Of a stretch of DNA of 64,000 bases, positions 54,751-64,000 are shown one piece after another. How positions within the stretch are numbered: position 1 is the stretch's first letter; every line of letters starts with the position of its first letter. The stretch lies in the IMG/VR virus record IMGVR_UViG_3300047321_000238, positions 183,884 through 247,883 of that record. The stretch is one strand, 5' to 3'. Below the pieces are notes generated by a model. That model was given only the letters and a program-made list of their open reading frames with translations, had not been told where the DNA came from and searched no databases. The position numbers and the translations under genes are program-made.

Positions 54751-56589
54751 TTATATACCTCCTTGTGATAAAACAATGTATCCATTTATATTGCCATTAA
54801 TGTTTGTTACTTTATAGTTATTTATTTGAGTAATTAACTTATCTGAGTTCGCATCATCTATTGTTAAACTATCATATAATATCTTAGTATCATTTAGACT
54901 TGATATATCAACTTCATATATATTCTTAATGTAGTCATAGTTAATGCTGTAACTATCATTCTTTAGATAATCTACAATTATCATTTCATAGTTCTCAATT
55001 TGTGAATTTGTTAAATATATAATTGACTTCGTCTTATCAAATAATAATAAATCTAACTCTCTTATATAATCATATTCTTTTGTCATAAGATCTATTGAAT
55101 TTATATTATCTTCTGGTACGTTATATATATCGTCCAGGTCAAACTCTGCACCTTTTCTTATTCCATAAATCATAATAGTAGCTTGTTGATCTATTATGCT
55201 TCTCTCTAGTTTAAGTGTCTTAGTTGGGATAAAGTATTCTCTCTCCCAGTTAGTGAATAAGTATTTATCATGGTCCGTATATTTACATAGTCTATATGAA
55301 CTAGATAAATCTAATGGTAAGTTATATCCATCCACAACTATGATTGGGCTGGAGATATTTGCATTAACAAAGTTACTTTCTTCATCACTAGTCACTATAT
55401 CAGTCACTGTGTTATCTTTTTTATAAAGAGTAAGCTTTGTGATTACTGCAGATATATTCTTGAATAAAGTTATTCTATTACTGATGTTAATCATTCTTTG
55501 TGTAAAGATTTGCTCACCGTCTTTACTTATTGTAAATATGAAAGTCTTAACATTAAATTCATAATCATATTCTGTACCTAATAGTACATCAGTGTTCTCA
55601 GGTTTTACTGCAACAGCATCATCAAGTATTAATCCATACTTAATTTTATTACTATCTACTTTAGCATAAGGAGTTTTATTAACTATACCTTTCCAAGTTA
55701 TCTTATCGAAATCTTGAATAAGTATATCTATATAACTTCCATCAAAGTCTATAGCATTCAAACTAGTAGGGATGTAATCTGCATCTTTGTCTGTAGATAA
55801 TATAATATTAGATATCTTACCGTTTTTTCCAACTATTTTAAAGTTAAGTTCAGTATCTTCAAATAAAGTGAAAGAATCATTTCTTAATATATTCTTTTCT
55901 TCATCTGTATATCTATCATCATCTGATCTATAAACATAATATTTGATGTCGCATAATTTATTAATAGCTGATAACTTTGCACCTAGATAATATGTGCCAG
56001 CTTTTAATAACAACTTAGATTGTTCTATTTCTGCATTGTTTGCACAATCAGTTAATTCAAATGAATCTTCTAGAAATCTAACATATCCGCCTCTTGTATT
56101 CTTCATGTTGATTACCCAATCTGTAGGTGTATTAGCTGCAATTGAAATATCATTTAACATATTGCCTACGTTTGAATAATAACCTATGTTGTATTTATCT
56201 AATGTTTTGTTTATATATTCTTCCATGATTAATTTATCATTAAGATATATTGAGATTTTTTTACCAGACTTCTTAAGTGAAAAAGTCATATTGTCTTGGA
56301 TAGTAATTGCTTCAGGACAACTGATTTGTCTTATGAGTTCTACACCAGTAGCTGTTGAGTAGTAAATACTTGCTTCTCTATAACCTACTTTAAATAAATA
56401 AGTATCTGGTTTATCTTTAATAGAAGAGCTCCCAGTATCAATGAGAGCTATTCCAAAACCAGGTGTTATATAAGTTACATTTGCAATCACTTGGATATCA
56501 TGAGTGAAGACGTAGTCATCATGTAACACGTCTTTCTCATAAAATTTATATCCTTTAAATTTTTCTATTCTACAATTTTGTTGTAACAT
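54751..56589 (-). CDS. Putative baseplate structural protein
   Basis: 612-aa beta-rich ORF coupled to its neighbours. Confidence 0.55.
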   Translation of the reverse strand: MLQQNCRIEKFKGYKFYEKDVLHDDYVFTHDIQVIANVTYITPGFGIALIDTGSSSIKDKPDTYLFKVGYREASIYYSTATGVELIRQISCPEAITIQDNMTFSLKKSGKKISIYLNDKLIMEEYINKTLDKYNIGYYSNVGNMLNDISIAANTPTDWVINMKNTRGGYVRFLEDSFELTDCANNAEIEQSKLLLKAGTYYLGAKLSAINKLCDIKYYVYRSDDDRYTDEEKNILRNDSFTLFEDTELNFKIVGKNGKISNIILSTDKDADYIPTSLNAIDFDGSYIDILIQDFDKITWKGIVNKTPYAKVDSNKIKYGLILDDAVAVKPENTDVLLGTEYDYEFNVKTFIFTISKDGEQIFTQRMINISNRITLFKNISAVITKLTLYKKDNTVTDIVTSDEESNFVNANISSPIIVVDGYNLPLDLSSSYRLCKYTDHDKYLFTNWEREYFIPTKTLKLERSIIDQQATIMIYGIRKGAEFDLDDIYNVPEDNINSIDLMTKEYDYIRELDLLLFDKTKSIIYLTNSQIENYEMIIVDYLKNDSYSINYDYIKNIYEVDISSLNDTKILYDSLTIDDANSDKLITQINNYKVTNINGNINGYIVLSQGGI

Positions 56590-56592
56590 TTA

Positions 56593-59500
56593 TTAAATCA
56601 CCTCTAAATCAATATGATTGATTTTTATTGATGCATTTTCTCCTTTTAGTAATAATCTAAATTGGAAGTATCTATAATCAATAAAAGTTATTCTATCAAC
56701 TATTTGCTGATTAGAATCTAAAGTTACATCTTTCCAAGAAGTCCAAACTGTTTGTTCATCATTTTCTTTTGAAGCTCTTATTTGGAAAATGTAATTACTA
56801 AGATCAGAAGAATTATTCTCAACACTTAAACTTTTAACTAAATAACGTTCATTATATTGAGTATCTAGGACCTTAGATGTGTAACTTCCATTGGTTACTT
56901 CCATCTTAGAAGGAGCATTATCTGCATTAGATAAATATTCAATAAAAATCTCTATATTATTTATTACCTTGTTTGGAGGTATTTCAACCATTAGTTTTAT
57001 ATAAGATGATAAATTTGTTCCTGGAAGTGAATTTATATTTTCTGTAGACACCAATACTTCTTTATATCCAGTATTTACACTAGCTGATGTCAACAGTTTT
57101 ATCTTAAAGTCTTGCATGCTATCAAACATTACATCATTAACTTTATACAATAAATTTCTAATAATGTTTGTGTCTCCTACGTAAATTGGAATACTTGTAA
57201 TAGTTCCTACTTTACTTCCTGTCTTAATAATACTCTTATTATCAAACTGAAGTATATCAACATTATCTAATATACTTTTCTTAAAATCATTATAAGTGTT
57301 TATAGATTTTATCTTTGTATATCCCCAATGTACATAGGAGCTATTAATAATATTGTCATCTTCATTGATTTCTGTGCCATCTAAGATTCCACCATTCTTA
57401 TCTGTAATATAAAGTCTTGTATTATAATCAACATATATATTCTCTTGAATATCAAGACTTAATAGGTCCAGGTTCTTAGTATGGTTATGAATATCATACT
57501 TGCTAGCTTCTACTAAAAGAATATCATCTATTACTCCTGATCCAGTTAATACTAAGAAGTAATTTTCACCAGTATTGTTTGTAAAAGCTTCTTCATATAT
57601 ATTGTCAATGGATCCAGATAAGTTTATTGTATCAACTATTTCAATTAATGATTGGTAGTCGAATTCAATGCTCTCATTGCTTATAGTCTTTTCTTTACCT
57701 AAGTATGCTTTGCACTCGCCGCTTAGGAAGAATGATAGCATATAGTTCTTATCATCTTGAATGAACTTACTTAAAGGTAAATAACAATATCCATTAGTTT
57801 CATATAAAGAATCAAATCTTAAACCTTGGCCGTTGTATCCACTTACTATTGATAACGTAGAGGCAAATGTGTTCCAATAATTAAATGTCTCACAAACGCT
57901 TATTTCATTTAACTCTGATATTCCTTGAACATCTTTTTCTGAACAATCTAGATTTAGTATTTCACCTTTTGTGTTCAAATCAAAAGTAGAGTTAGTAACA
58001 AAGTTTTCGCTCTTTTGTTTTAATAAGAAAGAGTTATTATCTTTAATTACATTATGGAAATTAACTGAGTCTATCTTATTTATATTGTCATACTTCTCAT
58101 CTGCTAGTAAGTAGAACTCTCTGCCATCCATATAATAATATCCAGTCTTAATTGCAATAGAATTAGCTTGTGTATTATTAATTAAAGTAAGTATTCCATT
58201 ATTTATTTCAGACAAGAATCCTGCAGTTCCAAACTTAATTGATATTAAATCGCTCTCTGCATAATCTTCATAATTAGTTAAGTTAACTGTCTCACTAACT
58301 TTTACATCAGTCATATAAGCTGTGCTTATTAATTCTAAAGAATTAACTGGATACTTTATTTGAGTATACAGATCATCTAAATCTACATCAAAAGATTTAG
58401 CTACATTTATATTGTAAGTTATCTCTACATGACTTGAGTTTATTAGTTGATCATTTAACCAAATAATAATTCCTTCATCTTTTAATAATGTATAATCTAA
58501 ACCTTCGATTAGTTGGCTTCCATTATATATCAGTGTTTCGATTTCATTAATGTTACTAAACTTAAGTTTGCTTATTCTATTACTGTCAATAGAAACAACA
58601 TCAGTAAATATATAATCTAAGTAACTATCCATGTCAGTGTATCTATTAAGATAGTTAATTGCAAAATCCATAGATATTATAAATTGTCTTGGATCCACTA
58701 TCTCTCCTGAACTCATTAGCAATGAGTCTGGTATCTCTACAGAACTTCCTAATAACAATTTAGTTTCTACAGTAAATGAATCACTGTTGTAATCTATAGT
58801 TCCTAAGTCTTTGGCTTTGATTGAAATCTTAGTTGAATCCAATGTTTTAATGTCACATAACTCAAACGCTGCATTTGTTTCAAACCTTACATCAAATTCT
58901 TCATTTAGGCTTTCTAAAACAAAGAACATTGAAGATGTAGAATTCACATCATAACTATTGTTAAATGTATTTACTATTGGAATAGACTTTGTATATGGAA
59001 GTATTACATTGTATTCATTAATTGCTGTATATAGATTTCCTTGAGTTGGTTCAAAAGCTATATATTGATAGTCAGATTTATTACTGTTTGAGTAAACTGC
59101 TAAATTTCCATCAAGAATAAATTTAGGCACGATATTATTATCTGTGCAATCTATCGCTATAGTTGCTGTTGAGAACTTAGTAAACAAGTCTTCTTTGTAT
59201 ACTTTAATGTATTTTAACTCACCTGTTACTTTGTTTTTTCCTATAATACTATTTTCATTTTTAGTTATATAGAAATCATAATCTACATAATTGATTCCTT
59301 TCTTATTAATGATTGATGATAATGTTTGATCAACTATAGGCTTATTAGACTTTCCAAATAAATCAAAAGATATAAGAGCTCTACCCTTTGGGATAGTTAA
59401 GATATATTTTTTATTTATAGGATTGATTGCATCGATCTCTATCGTTCCATAATCGACCGCGAACGATGATACAGTGTAATCATCTAAGATTAACTCTACT

Positions 59501-61626
59501 TCAACATCTTCTCTAGCAGTGTATTCTATATAAGGTTTATAATCAAATATAGTTTCTATTAGAGCTCCTGCTTTATCATATTTCTTTAATTGTAATCTAC
59601 AGTTCTCGAATTTAGCATCTAACTTGTTTCCGCTAATTGTATTAAAAGCTATTCCATAATAACCATTTGCTTCAGTTAACTTGTTTCCAATGTAGATATA
59701 CTTAAGTACTGGAGAGAATCCAGCATATGACTTCATTGTTACTATAAGATTATTAGTCTCGTAATTAGGAAGATATGTCATAGTTCCTGAGGTAACTAAG
59801 TTGCCTTCACTTGTATACATTCTAAAATCATATTTAGAATACATTACATTCTTTAATTTGCCATCGCTAGCTAAGAATGTTATTTGTAACTTAATGCTTT
59901 TAGCTGTATCACTTTTATCTATCTTGAAATCAAACACATTATTATATGCATCTGTTAAAGTAGTTTCGTCTCCTCCATCTATAGAATACTTGATTTGATA
60001 TGGGCCCTCTATTCTAGCAGAGAAGCTATTAGCTATTAAAGTAAGATTCACATACTTATCGCCAACTACAGTATCAGATACAATACAGTTATCTTTGATA
60101 TAACAATTAGTCTTAGTGAAACTTGTTAAGTTTAAGATAGTTTCTTTATAGTCATAATCATAGAATAAACTTGTTCCTTTGCATCCATCTATATTTACAG
60201 TCATAGAACTTTCTTTAGATAAATCAGTTATCTCAAATCCATTTACTGTCTTCTTTATATTTTGGCTAGAGGTTAATTGATATAAGTTATCTATATACTT
60301 CTTTGATGACGTAGAGATTAATCCCTCTCCGTTGCTCTCAAAGCCTGGATAGTTTGTATTAAGTAAATCAATGTATAAATCGTTTTGTCCTTGTCTACAG
60401 TAGTCTATAGAGAAGTTACCGATACCATTCGTAGGAATGAAATCTATAACGTAATCATAAGTACTATCTAATAGAGATTTATCTTCTTCAGTTATATTTG
60501 TTGTATCGTAAGAAGTAGAAATAACATCCTGGATATTAATATTGAAGTCACCGATCTTTTCTTCTATTGCTTTTAAAGATACATTGTTAGTATTTATCTT
60601 TCTTGCATCTGATGCAGTAATTCTATATTTAATATTTTTGCTATTAATGTTTTCATTGAATCTTTTTAAGTTTAACTTAAATGTTTGCTTAACATTGTTA
60701 TTCTTAATATAATCATTAGCCATCTCTAACATCTTCTTATAGAAGTAGATAGTAACATCTGTAGTTGGTTCTGCATCTATGATTTGTACTTTTAAATCAT
60801 CTTTATATCCAACTCCATTAACATATTCAGATAATAATATATCCCACGCATGCGGAATGTAATCTATTGATTTAATACTAAAGTTCCAAGTATCTACATC
60901 CCATCTCTTCTCTTTATAGACATCTCTATTAATATGAGATAAATGATCTAAGATAGTTTCGAACTCATCATAATATTTTACTAAGTTTTCTGCTGTAGGT
61001 CTTTCTATTACTATATCATCACCAGATAGTTCTGGAGCTATATTGATTAAGTTAGCCAGAATAGCATTCTTAAGTCCGTCTTCTGAACTATTGACTTTTA
61101 CTTTAGCAAAAGCAAGTATCCTATTTAATAGTTCTTTGTTAGTTTCCCATTGATATCTTTTAAGTCCTAAGAATATAGCAAACTCATCAAATATATTCCA
61201 GACATGAATCTTTTCTAAAGTTCCTTCATATTTATAGTTATCTATACTGTAAATAACTTTAGTTTCTTCTTCTTTAAAATAAAGGTATCCATCGCTGTAA
61301 TACGCGTAACCTTGATTATTATAGAAGATATCTTCATCTTCAGTGATTGTGTATTCAGGAATTATTAAAGCTAGCACGTCAATGCTGTCAACTGTACCTA
61401 CAGTCATTTTATATAAGAATGCAATTGTGTTATCTTCTTTACCAATATAATTATCAATAAAGAAGTCTTTCTTGTATTCATTTATGGCCGATTGTATATC
61501 TACAATACTTTCTCCAATAGAAGTTAGATAGAGTCCACCAGTAGAAGTATTAATCTTTCTTCTGATGTCCATCCATCTAGGGAAGTGTACTTTCATTTTT
61601 TCTAATATATCCTCAATCATCATCAT
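56593..61626 (-). CDS. Large baseplate wedge-like protein
   Basis: 1677 aa; HVWNIFDEFAIFLGLKRYQWETNKELLNRI; follows the baseplate-J-like gene; C-terminal YRYFQFR. Confidence 0.65.
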   Translation of the reverse strand: MMMIEDILEKMKVHFPRWMDIRRKINTSTGGLYLTSIGESIVDIQSAINEYKKDFFIDNYIGKEDNTIAFLYKMTVGTVDSIDVLALIIPEYTITEDEDIFYNNQGYAYYSDGYLYFKEEETKVIYSIDNYKYEGTLEKIHVWNIFDEFAIFLGLKRYQWETNKELLNRILAFAKVKVNSSEDGLKNAILANLINIAPELSGDDIVIERPTAENLVKYYDEFETILDHLSHINRDVYKEKRWDVDTWNFSIKSIDYIPHAWDILLSEYVNGVGYKDDLKVQIIDAEPTTDVTIYFYKKMLEMANDYIKNNNVKQTFKLNLKRFNENINSKNIKYRITASDARKINTNNVSLKAIEEKIGDFNINIQDVISTSYDTTNITEEDKSLLDSTYDYVIDFIPTNGIGNFSIDYCRQGQNDLYIDLLNTNYPGFESNGEGLISTSSKKYIDNLYQLTSSQNIKKTVNGFEITDLSKESSMTVNIDGCKGTSLFYDYDYKETILNLTSFTKTNCYIKDNCIVSDTVVGDKYVNLTLIANSFSARIEGPYQIKYSIDGGDETTLTDAYNNVFDFKIDKSDTAKSIKLQITFLASDGKLKNVMYSKYDFRMYTSEGNLVTSGTMTYLPNYETNNLIVTMKSYAGFSPVLKYIYIGNKLTEANGYYGIAFNTISGNKLDAKFENCRLQLKKYDKAGALIETIFDYKPYIEYTAREDVEVELILDDYTVSSFAVDYGTIEIDAINPINKKYILTIPKGRALISFDLFGKSNKPIVDQTLSSIINKKGINYVDYDFYITKNENSIIGKNKVTGELKYIKVYKEDLFTKFSTATIAIDCTDNNIVPKFILDGNLAVYSNSNKSDYQYIAFEPTQGNLYTAINEYNVILPYTKSIPIVNTFNNSYDVNSTSSMFFVLESLNEEFDVRFETNAAFELCDIKTLDSTKISIKAKDLGTIDYNSDSFTVETKLLLGSSVEIPDSLLMSSGEIVDPRQFIISMDFAINYLNRYTDMDSYLDYIFTDVVSIDSNRISKLKFSNINEIETLIYNGSQLIEGLDYTLLKDEGIIIWLNDQLINSSHVEITYNINVAKSFDVDLDDLYTQIKYPVNSLELISTAYMTDVKVSETVNLTNYEDYAESDLISIKFGTAGFLSEINNGILTLINNTQANSIAIKTGYYYMDGREFYLLADEKYDNINKIDSVNFHNVIKDNNSFLLKQKSENFVTNSTFDLNTKGEILNLDCSEKDVQGISELNEISVCETFNYWNTFASTLSIVSGYNGQGLRFDSLYETNGYCYLPLSKFIQDDKNYMLSFFLSGECKAYLGKEKTISNESIEFDYQSLIEIVDTINLSGSIDNIYEEAFTNNTGENYFLVLTGSGVIDDILLVEASKYDIHNHTKNLDLLSLDIQENIYVDYNTRLYITDKNGGILDGTEINEDDNIINSSYVHWGYTKIKSINTYNDFKKSILDNVDILQFDNKSIIKTGSKVGTITSIPIYVGDTNIIRNLLYKVNDVMFDSMQDFKIKLLTSASVNTGYKEVLVSTENINSLPGTNLSSYIKLMVEIPPNKVINNIEIFIEYLSNADNAPSKMEVTNGSYTSKVLDTQYNERYLVKSLSVENNSSDLSNYIFQIRASKENDEQTVWTSWKDVTLDSNQQIVDRITFIDYRYFQFRLLLKGENASIKINHIDLEVI

Positions 61627-62423
61627 TAATCATTCACCACCATATTCCAAGTTATATCATCATATACAAACTTTTGCTCAAGCTTTTGAGTTACACTTAA
61701 GTTTTGTAATTCAACGCCATCGATTATTACGCTTGATATAGAAAAATAACTTACATTACTTTCATCAGTACCAATCTTATTAAGTTGACCAACTTCTAGA
61801 AGATCTCCAGGAGCTATGTTGTTTATATAAGTTTCAAACTTACTAGCTATATTCGTCTTAATATTATCTTCATCTTTATATACTGAAAGATAAACAACTG
61901 CTTGTACTTTTAGAATCTTAGGAACTACATATTCTATATAAGAGCTCTTAGCAGTTGTATTAGCTAATCTAGCTTTTGTTTCTGCTATTGCTGAAGCTAT
62001 TGTATTTTCATCTAAAGACTTAGGAATAATATAAGCAGTACCTGTAGCTACACCTTGAGTGTAAGGGACATAGGTAACATTAGAAGCATAAGTCATATTA
62101 GTTAGAGATGTTTCTATTGCAGTACTATTTCCGCATTGATTTGATTTGTTCCAATTAATCATTCTAAATAAATATGATGCATCATCTTCATTCTCTAATC
62201 TAGCACAACCTACAAGTATACCAACACTGTCAGTATTTGAACCTGAAAGATTAGTATAGATATGAGGATTCTTATTGTCCTCAATTGTTTGATAAGCACT
62301 TTCTAATCCTGCTGCAACAGATACAGTGTACTTGTCAATAACAGAACCTTTGTATATATCTAAGTTTGTTTTCTTTTTGAACTTGCTTATTATATCACTA
62401 TAAATTTCGCTTAAATATTTCAA
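61626..62423 (-). CDS. Baseplate J-like protein
   Basis: ARLENEDDASYLFR; YINNIAPGDLL; GSVI N-terminal motif. Confidence 0.7.
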   Translation of the reverse strand: MKYLSEIYSDIISKFKKKTNLDIYKGSVIDKYTVSVAAGLESAYQTIEDNKNPHIYTNLSGSNTDSVGILVGCARLENEDDASYLFRMINWNKSNQCGNSTAIETSLTNMTYASNVTYVPYTQGVATGTAYIIPKSLDENTIASAIAETKARLANTTAKSSYIEYVVPKILKVQAVVYLSVYKDEDNIKTNIASKFETYINNIAPGDLLEVGQLNKIGTDESNVSYFSISSVIIDGVELQNLSVTQKLEQKFVYDDITWNMVVND

Positions 62424-62432
62424 TTAATTCAC

Positions 62433-62957
62433 CTAACTTTCTATTTTATATTGAAGTAACAAGTTGCTGTCATTATAAATAAATAATTCAACTGCTTGCT
62501 TGTATCCATTTGTATAACTTATAACTGGAGTTGCTTTAACAATTGGATTATAAAGATAATCAGCTAAGAATGTTTGTAAGTAAGACTCCAAAGCTCTTAA
62601 TGTATCTTTGTTAATGTTTTGATGTTTGTATAAAGATAATTTTGAACCATCATCTGTTCTATATGAGAGTTCTCCTAAAGTATCTTTTAATTGTAATGAA
62701 ATTAATTGAGCTAGCGAAGTATCATCTTTATATACTATAGAAGTAGTTTTATTATCTACGTCTTCTATTGTAAAAGATAATTGCAAGTAGTTATCTGATT
62801 TATGGTGTACCTCACCATCTGTAGTGGTAAGAAAAGATATCTTTTGAACTTTAGTCTTAGATATATTAAATTTTATATTTAATGATTTGTATTTATCGTC
62901 TCGCTTTGAGAATAGTAAATCTCCACTATCATTAATAGCAAAATCTACGTAAGCCAT
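62433..62957 (-). CDS. gp25/gpW-like baseplate protein
   Basis: VDFAINDSGDL; QLISLQLKDTLGEL...GSKL; lies before the baseplate-J-like gene. Confidence 0.55.
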   Translation of the reverse strand: MAYVDFAINDSGDLLFSKRDDKYKSLNIKFNISKTKVQKISFLTTTDGEVHHKSDNYLQLSFTIEDVDNKTTSIVYKDDTSLAQLISLQLKDTLGELSYRTDDGSKLSLYKHQNINKDTLRALESYLQTFLADYLYNPIVKATPVISYTNGYKQAVELFIYNDSNLLLQYKIES

Positions 62958-62961
62958 GTTA

Positions 62962-63516
62962 TCACCACCTGTTATTTAATTTATCGACATTTCTCATGTC
63001 AGTGATTTCATCAGATATATTAGTAGCTTCATCTAATCCCATATCTGCTGGAACATCTGGTATTGGTAATAAGTTAGAGAATATAGGAGTTCTTACTGGT
63101 CTTCTTATTAAAACCCATTTTTCTAGAGTAGGTTCCCATGTCTTTACTAAAGCAGTAGTACACATAGTTAGTCCACCTATTGCAGATGTTGGATCAGCAT
63201 ATAACCTTTTCATGTCTGTCAGTTCCCATAGTTGAGGATTAAGTTTATGTTTATTAACTACTATTTCATCTGATTGAATATTTTTTCTATTAGTTATTGT
63301 ATTACTTTGCAGAGATATCTCTGTAGCTTGTCCCTCTGAATACTTCATTTTATATTGAACAGTTTGAGAAGCTGCTATAGTAACATTACCTGCTTGATCT
63401 AACATAATAGAAGAACCAGTCTTATCATTTATAATTCCTTTGTCTATAGACCTGTTTGCATTTTCTGCTCTATCTTTTATTTCACTTACAATATTTTGTG
63501 TAATACCTTGTGACAT
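62962..63516 (-). CDS. Putative baseplate spike-related protein
   Basis: GSSIMLDQAGNVTI beta-strand pattern; context. Confidence 0.45.
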   Translation of the reverse strand: MSQGITQNIVSEIKDRAENANRSIDKGIINDKTGSSIMLDQAGNVTIAASQTVQYKMKYSEGQATEISLQSNTITNRKNIQSDEIVVNKHKLNPQLWELTDMKRLYADPTSAIGGLTMCTTALVKTWEPTLEKWVLIRRPVRTPIFSNLLPIPDVPADMGLDEATNISDEITDMRNVDKLNNRW

Positions 63517-63529
63517 TTTTATTACCCCC

Positions 63530-63898
63530 TTAAAATAAGAATCCACCTAATACATCCAAAAATGATTCAGAAAAAATATCATTTTTTAAAGTAATACTTT
63601 TCTTAATGTCGCCATAGTTGGAATAAGATGGACCTGTTATATATATTACAGTATTTTTCTCTTGAAGTAAAACTGTTTCTCCTTCTTCTGGAAACCAATC
63701 TATTATGCTTTTATTAGTTAGCATAACAGGTACATTGTCTTTATTATTTTTTTTACCGTCCTGTCTTACAAAACTAACACTACATGAATTAGTTTTTTCA
63801 TTGACTGATATTATAGTTCCTAACAGAGTAGAAGCACTGCGGCCATTAGCCGCAGGATCTATCAGATTTTCTTTTAGCTTCTTTGTAATTTCATTCAT
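63530..63898 (-). CDS. Putative baseplate OB-fold (gpV N-terminal-like) protein
   Basis: GTIISVNEKTNSCSV...NVPV...WFPEEGETVLL. Confidence 0.5.
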   Translation of the reverse strand: MNEITKKLKENLIDPAANGRSASTLLGTIISVNEKTNSCSVSFVRQDGKKNNKDNVPVMLTNKSIIDWFPEEGETVLLQEKNTVIYITGPSYSNYGDIKKSITLKNDIFSESFLDVLGGFLF

Positions 63899-63910
63899 AC
63901 TATTTCCTCC

Positions 63911-64000
63911 TTAAAGTGCAGGTGATATCATAACTGTATAAGTGTTATCTCCCATAGAAGTATCCTCTTTATAGTTAAATACTCTTGTTGGAGTCGATTG
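63911..64000 (-). CDS. C-terminus of a gene extending beyond the window
   Basis: Open frame QSTPTRVFNYKEDTSMGDNTYTVMISPAL ending just before the RBS of the next gene. Confidence 0.55.
   Translation of the reverse strand, partial: QSTPTRVFNYKEDTSMGDNTYTVMISPAL

Noticed and set aside
680-63914. Numerous short ORF-track entries (about 60-120 aa) overlapping long genes, mostly on the opposite strand
   Set aside because: No RBS, atypical composition, and they overlap well-supported genes
1-64000. Alternative genetic code (stop-codon reassignment)
   Set aside because: The standard code gives long, densely packed ORFs. TAG and TAA stops are typically followed by a new RBS, and TGA also ends genes (e.g. 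50504-52879).

Overview
This is an AT-rich 64-kb segment of a large tailed phage. Firmicutes-style AGGAGG ribosome-binding sites, sigma-A promoters and XkdW/XkdX/CD1375-type genes suggest a Clostridia-like host. A baseplate-J-like gene suggests a contractile tail. Almost all genes are on the minus strand. The 3' end of a virion NlpC/P60 plus lytic transglycosylase gene is on + (1-1.2 kb). It is followed by a replication and regulation module (1.6-16.6 kb): DnaE, RecJ, a sigma factor, a DUF1064 nuclease, a DnaB-like helicase, an AEP primase, two ribbon-helix-helix (RHH) proteins, an isolated holin, three apparently catalytically degenerate enzymes (FolD-like, Cas4/AddB-like, HD-like) and four tiny Lys-rich genes missed by the ORF track. 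The remaining 47 kb is a baseplate, tail-fibre and receptor-binding module. The most notable observations are: (i) a self-contained two-gene unit pairing an orphan two-TM extracytoplasmic sensor-like protein with a holin; (ii) five fibre genes sharing an Mtd_N-like N-terminus and two ending in DGGTF, suggesting a plug-and-socket multi-tip fibre; (iii) a T7-8...GCTAGT motif at the same domain boundary in three fibre genes, with a TAG stop in the -1 frame; (iv) an array of small basic peptides; (v) a recurrent WATA-N15-GTAATWTA putative phage late promoter and a shared TACGT-N5-ACGTA operator. All protein assignments come from motif recognition by eye, without database searches. No tRNA, rRNA, CRISPR array or transposase was recognised.
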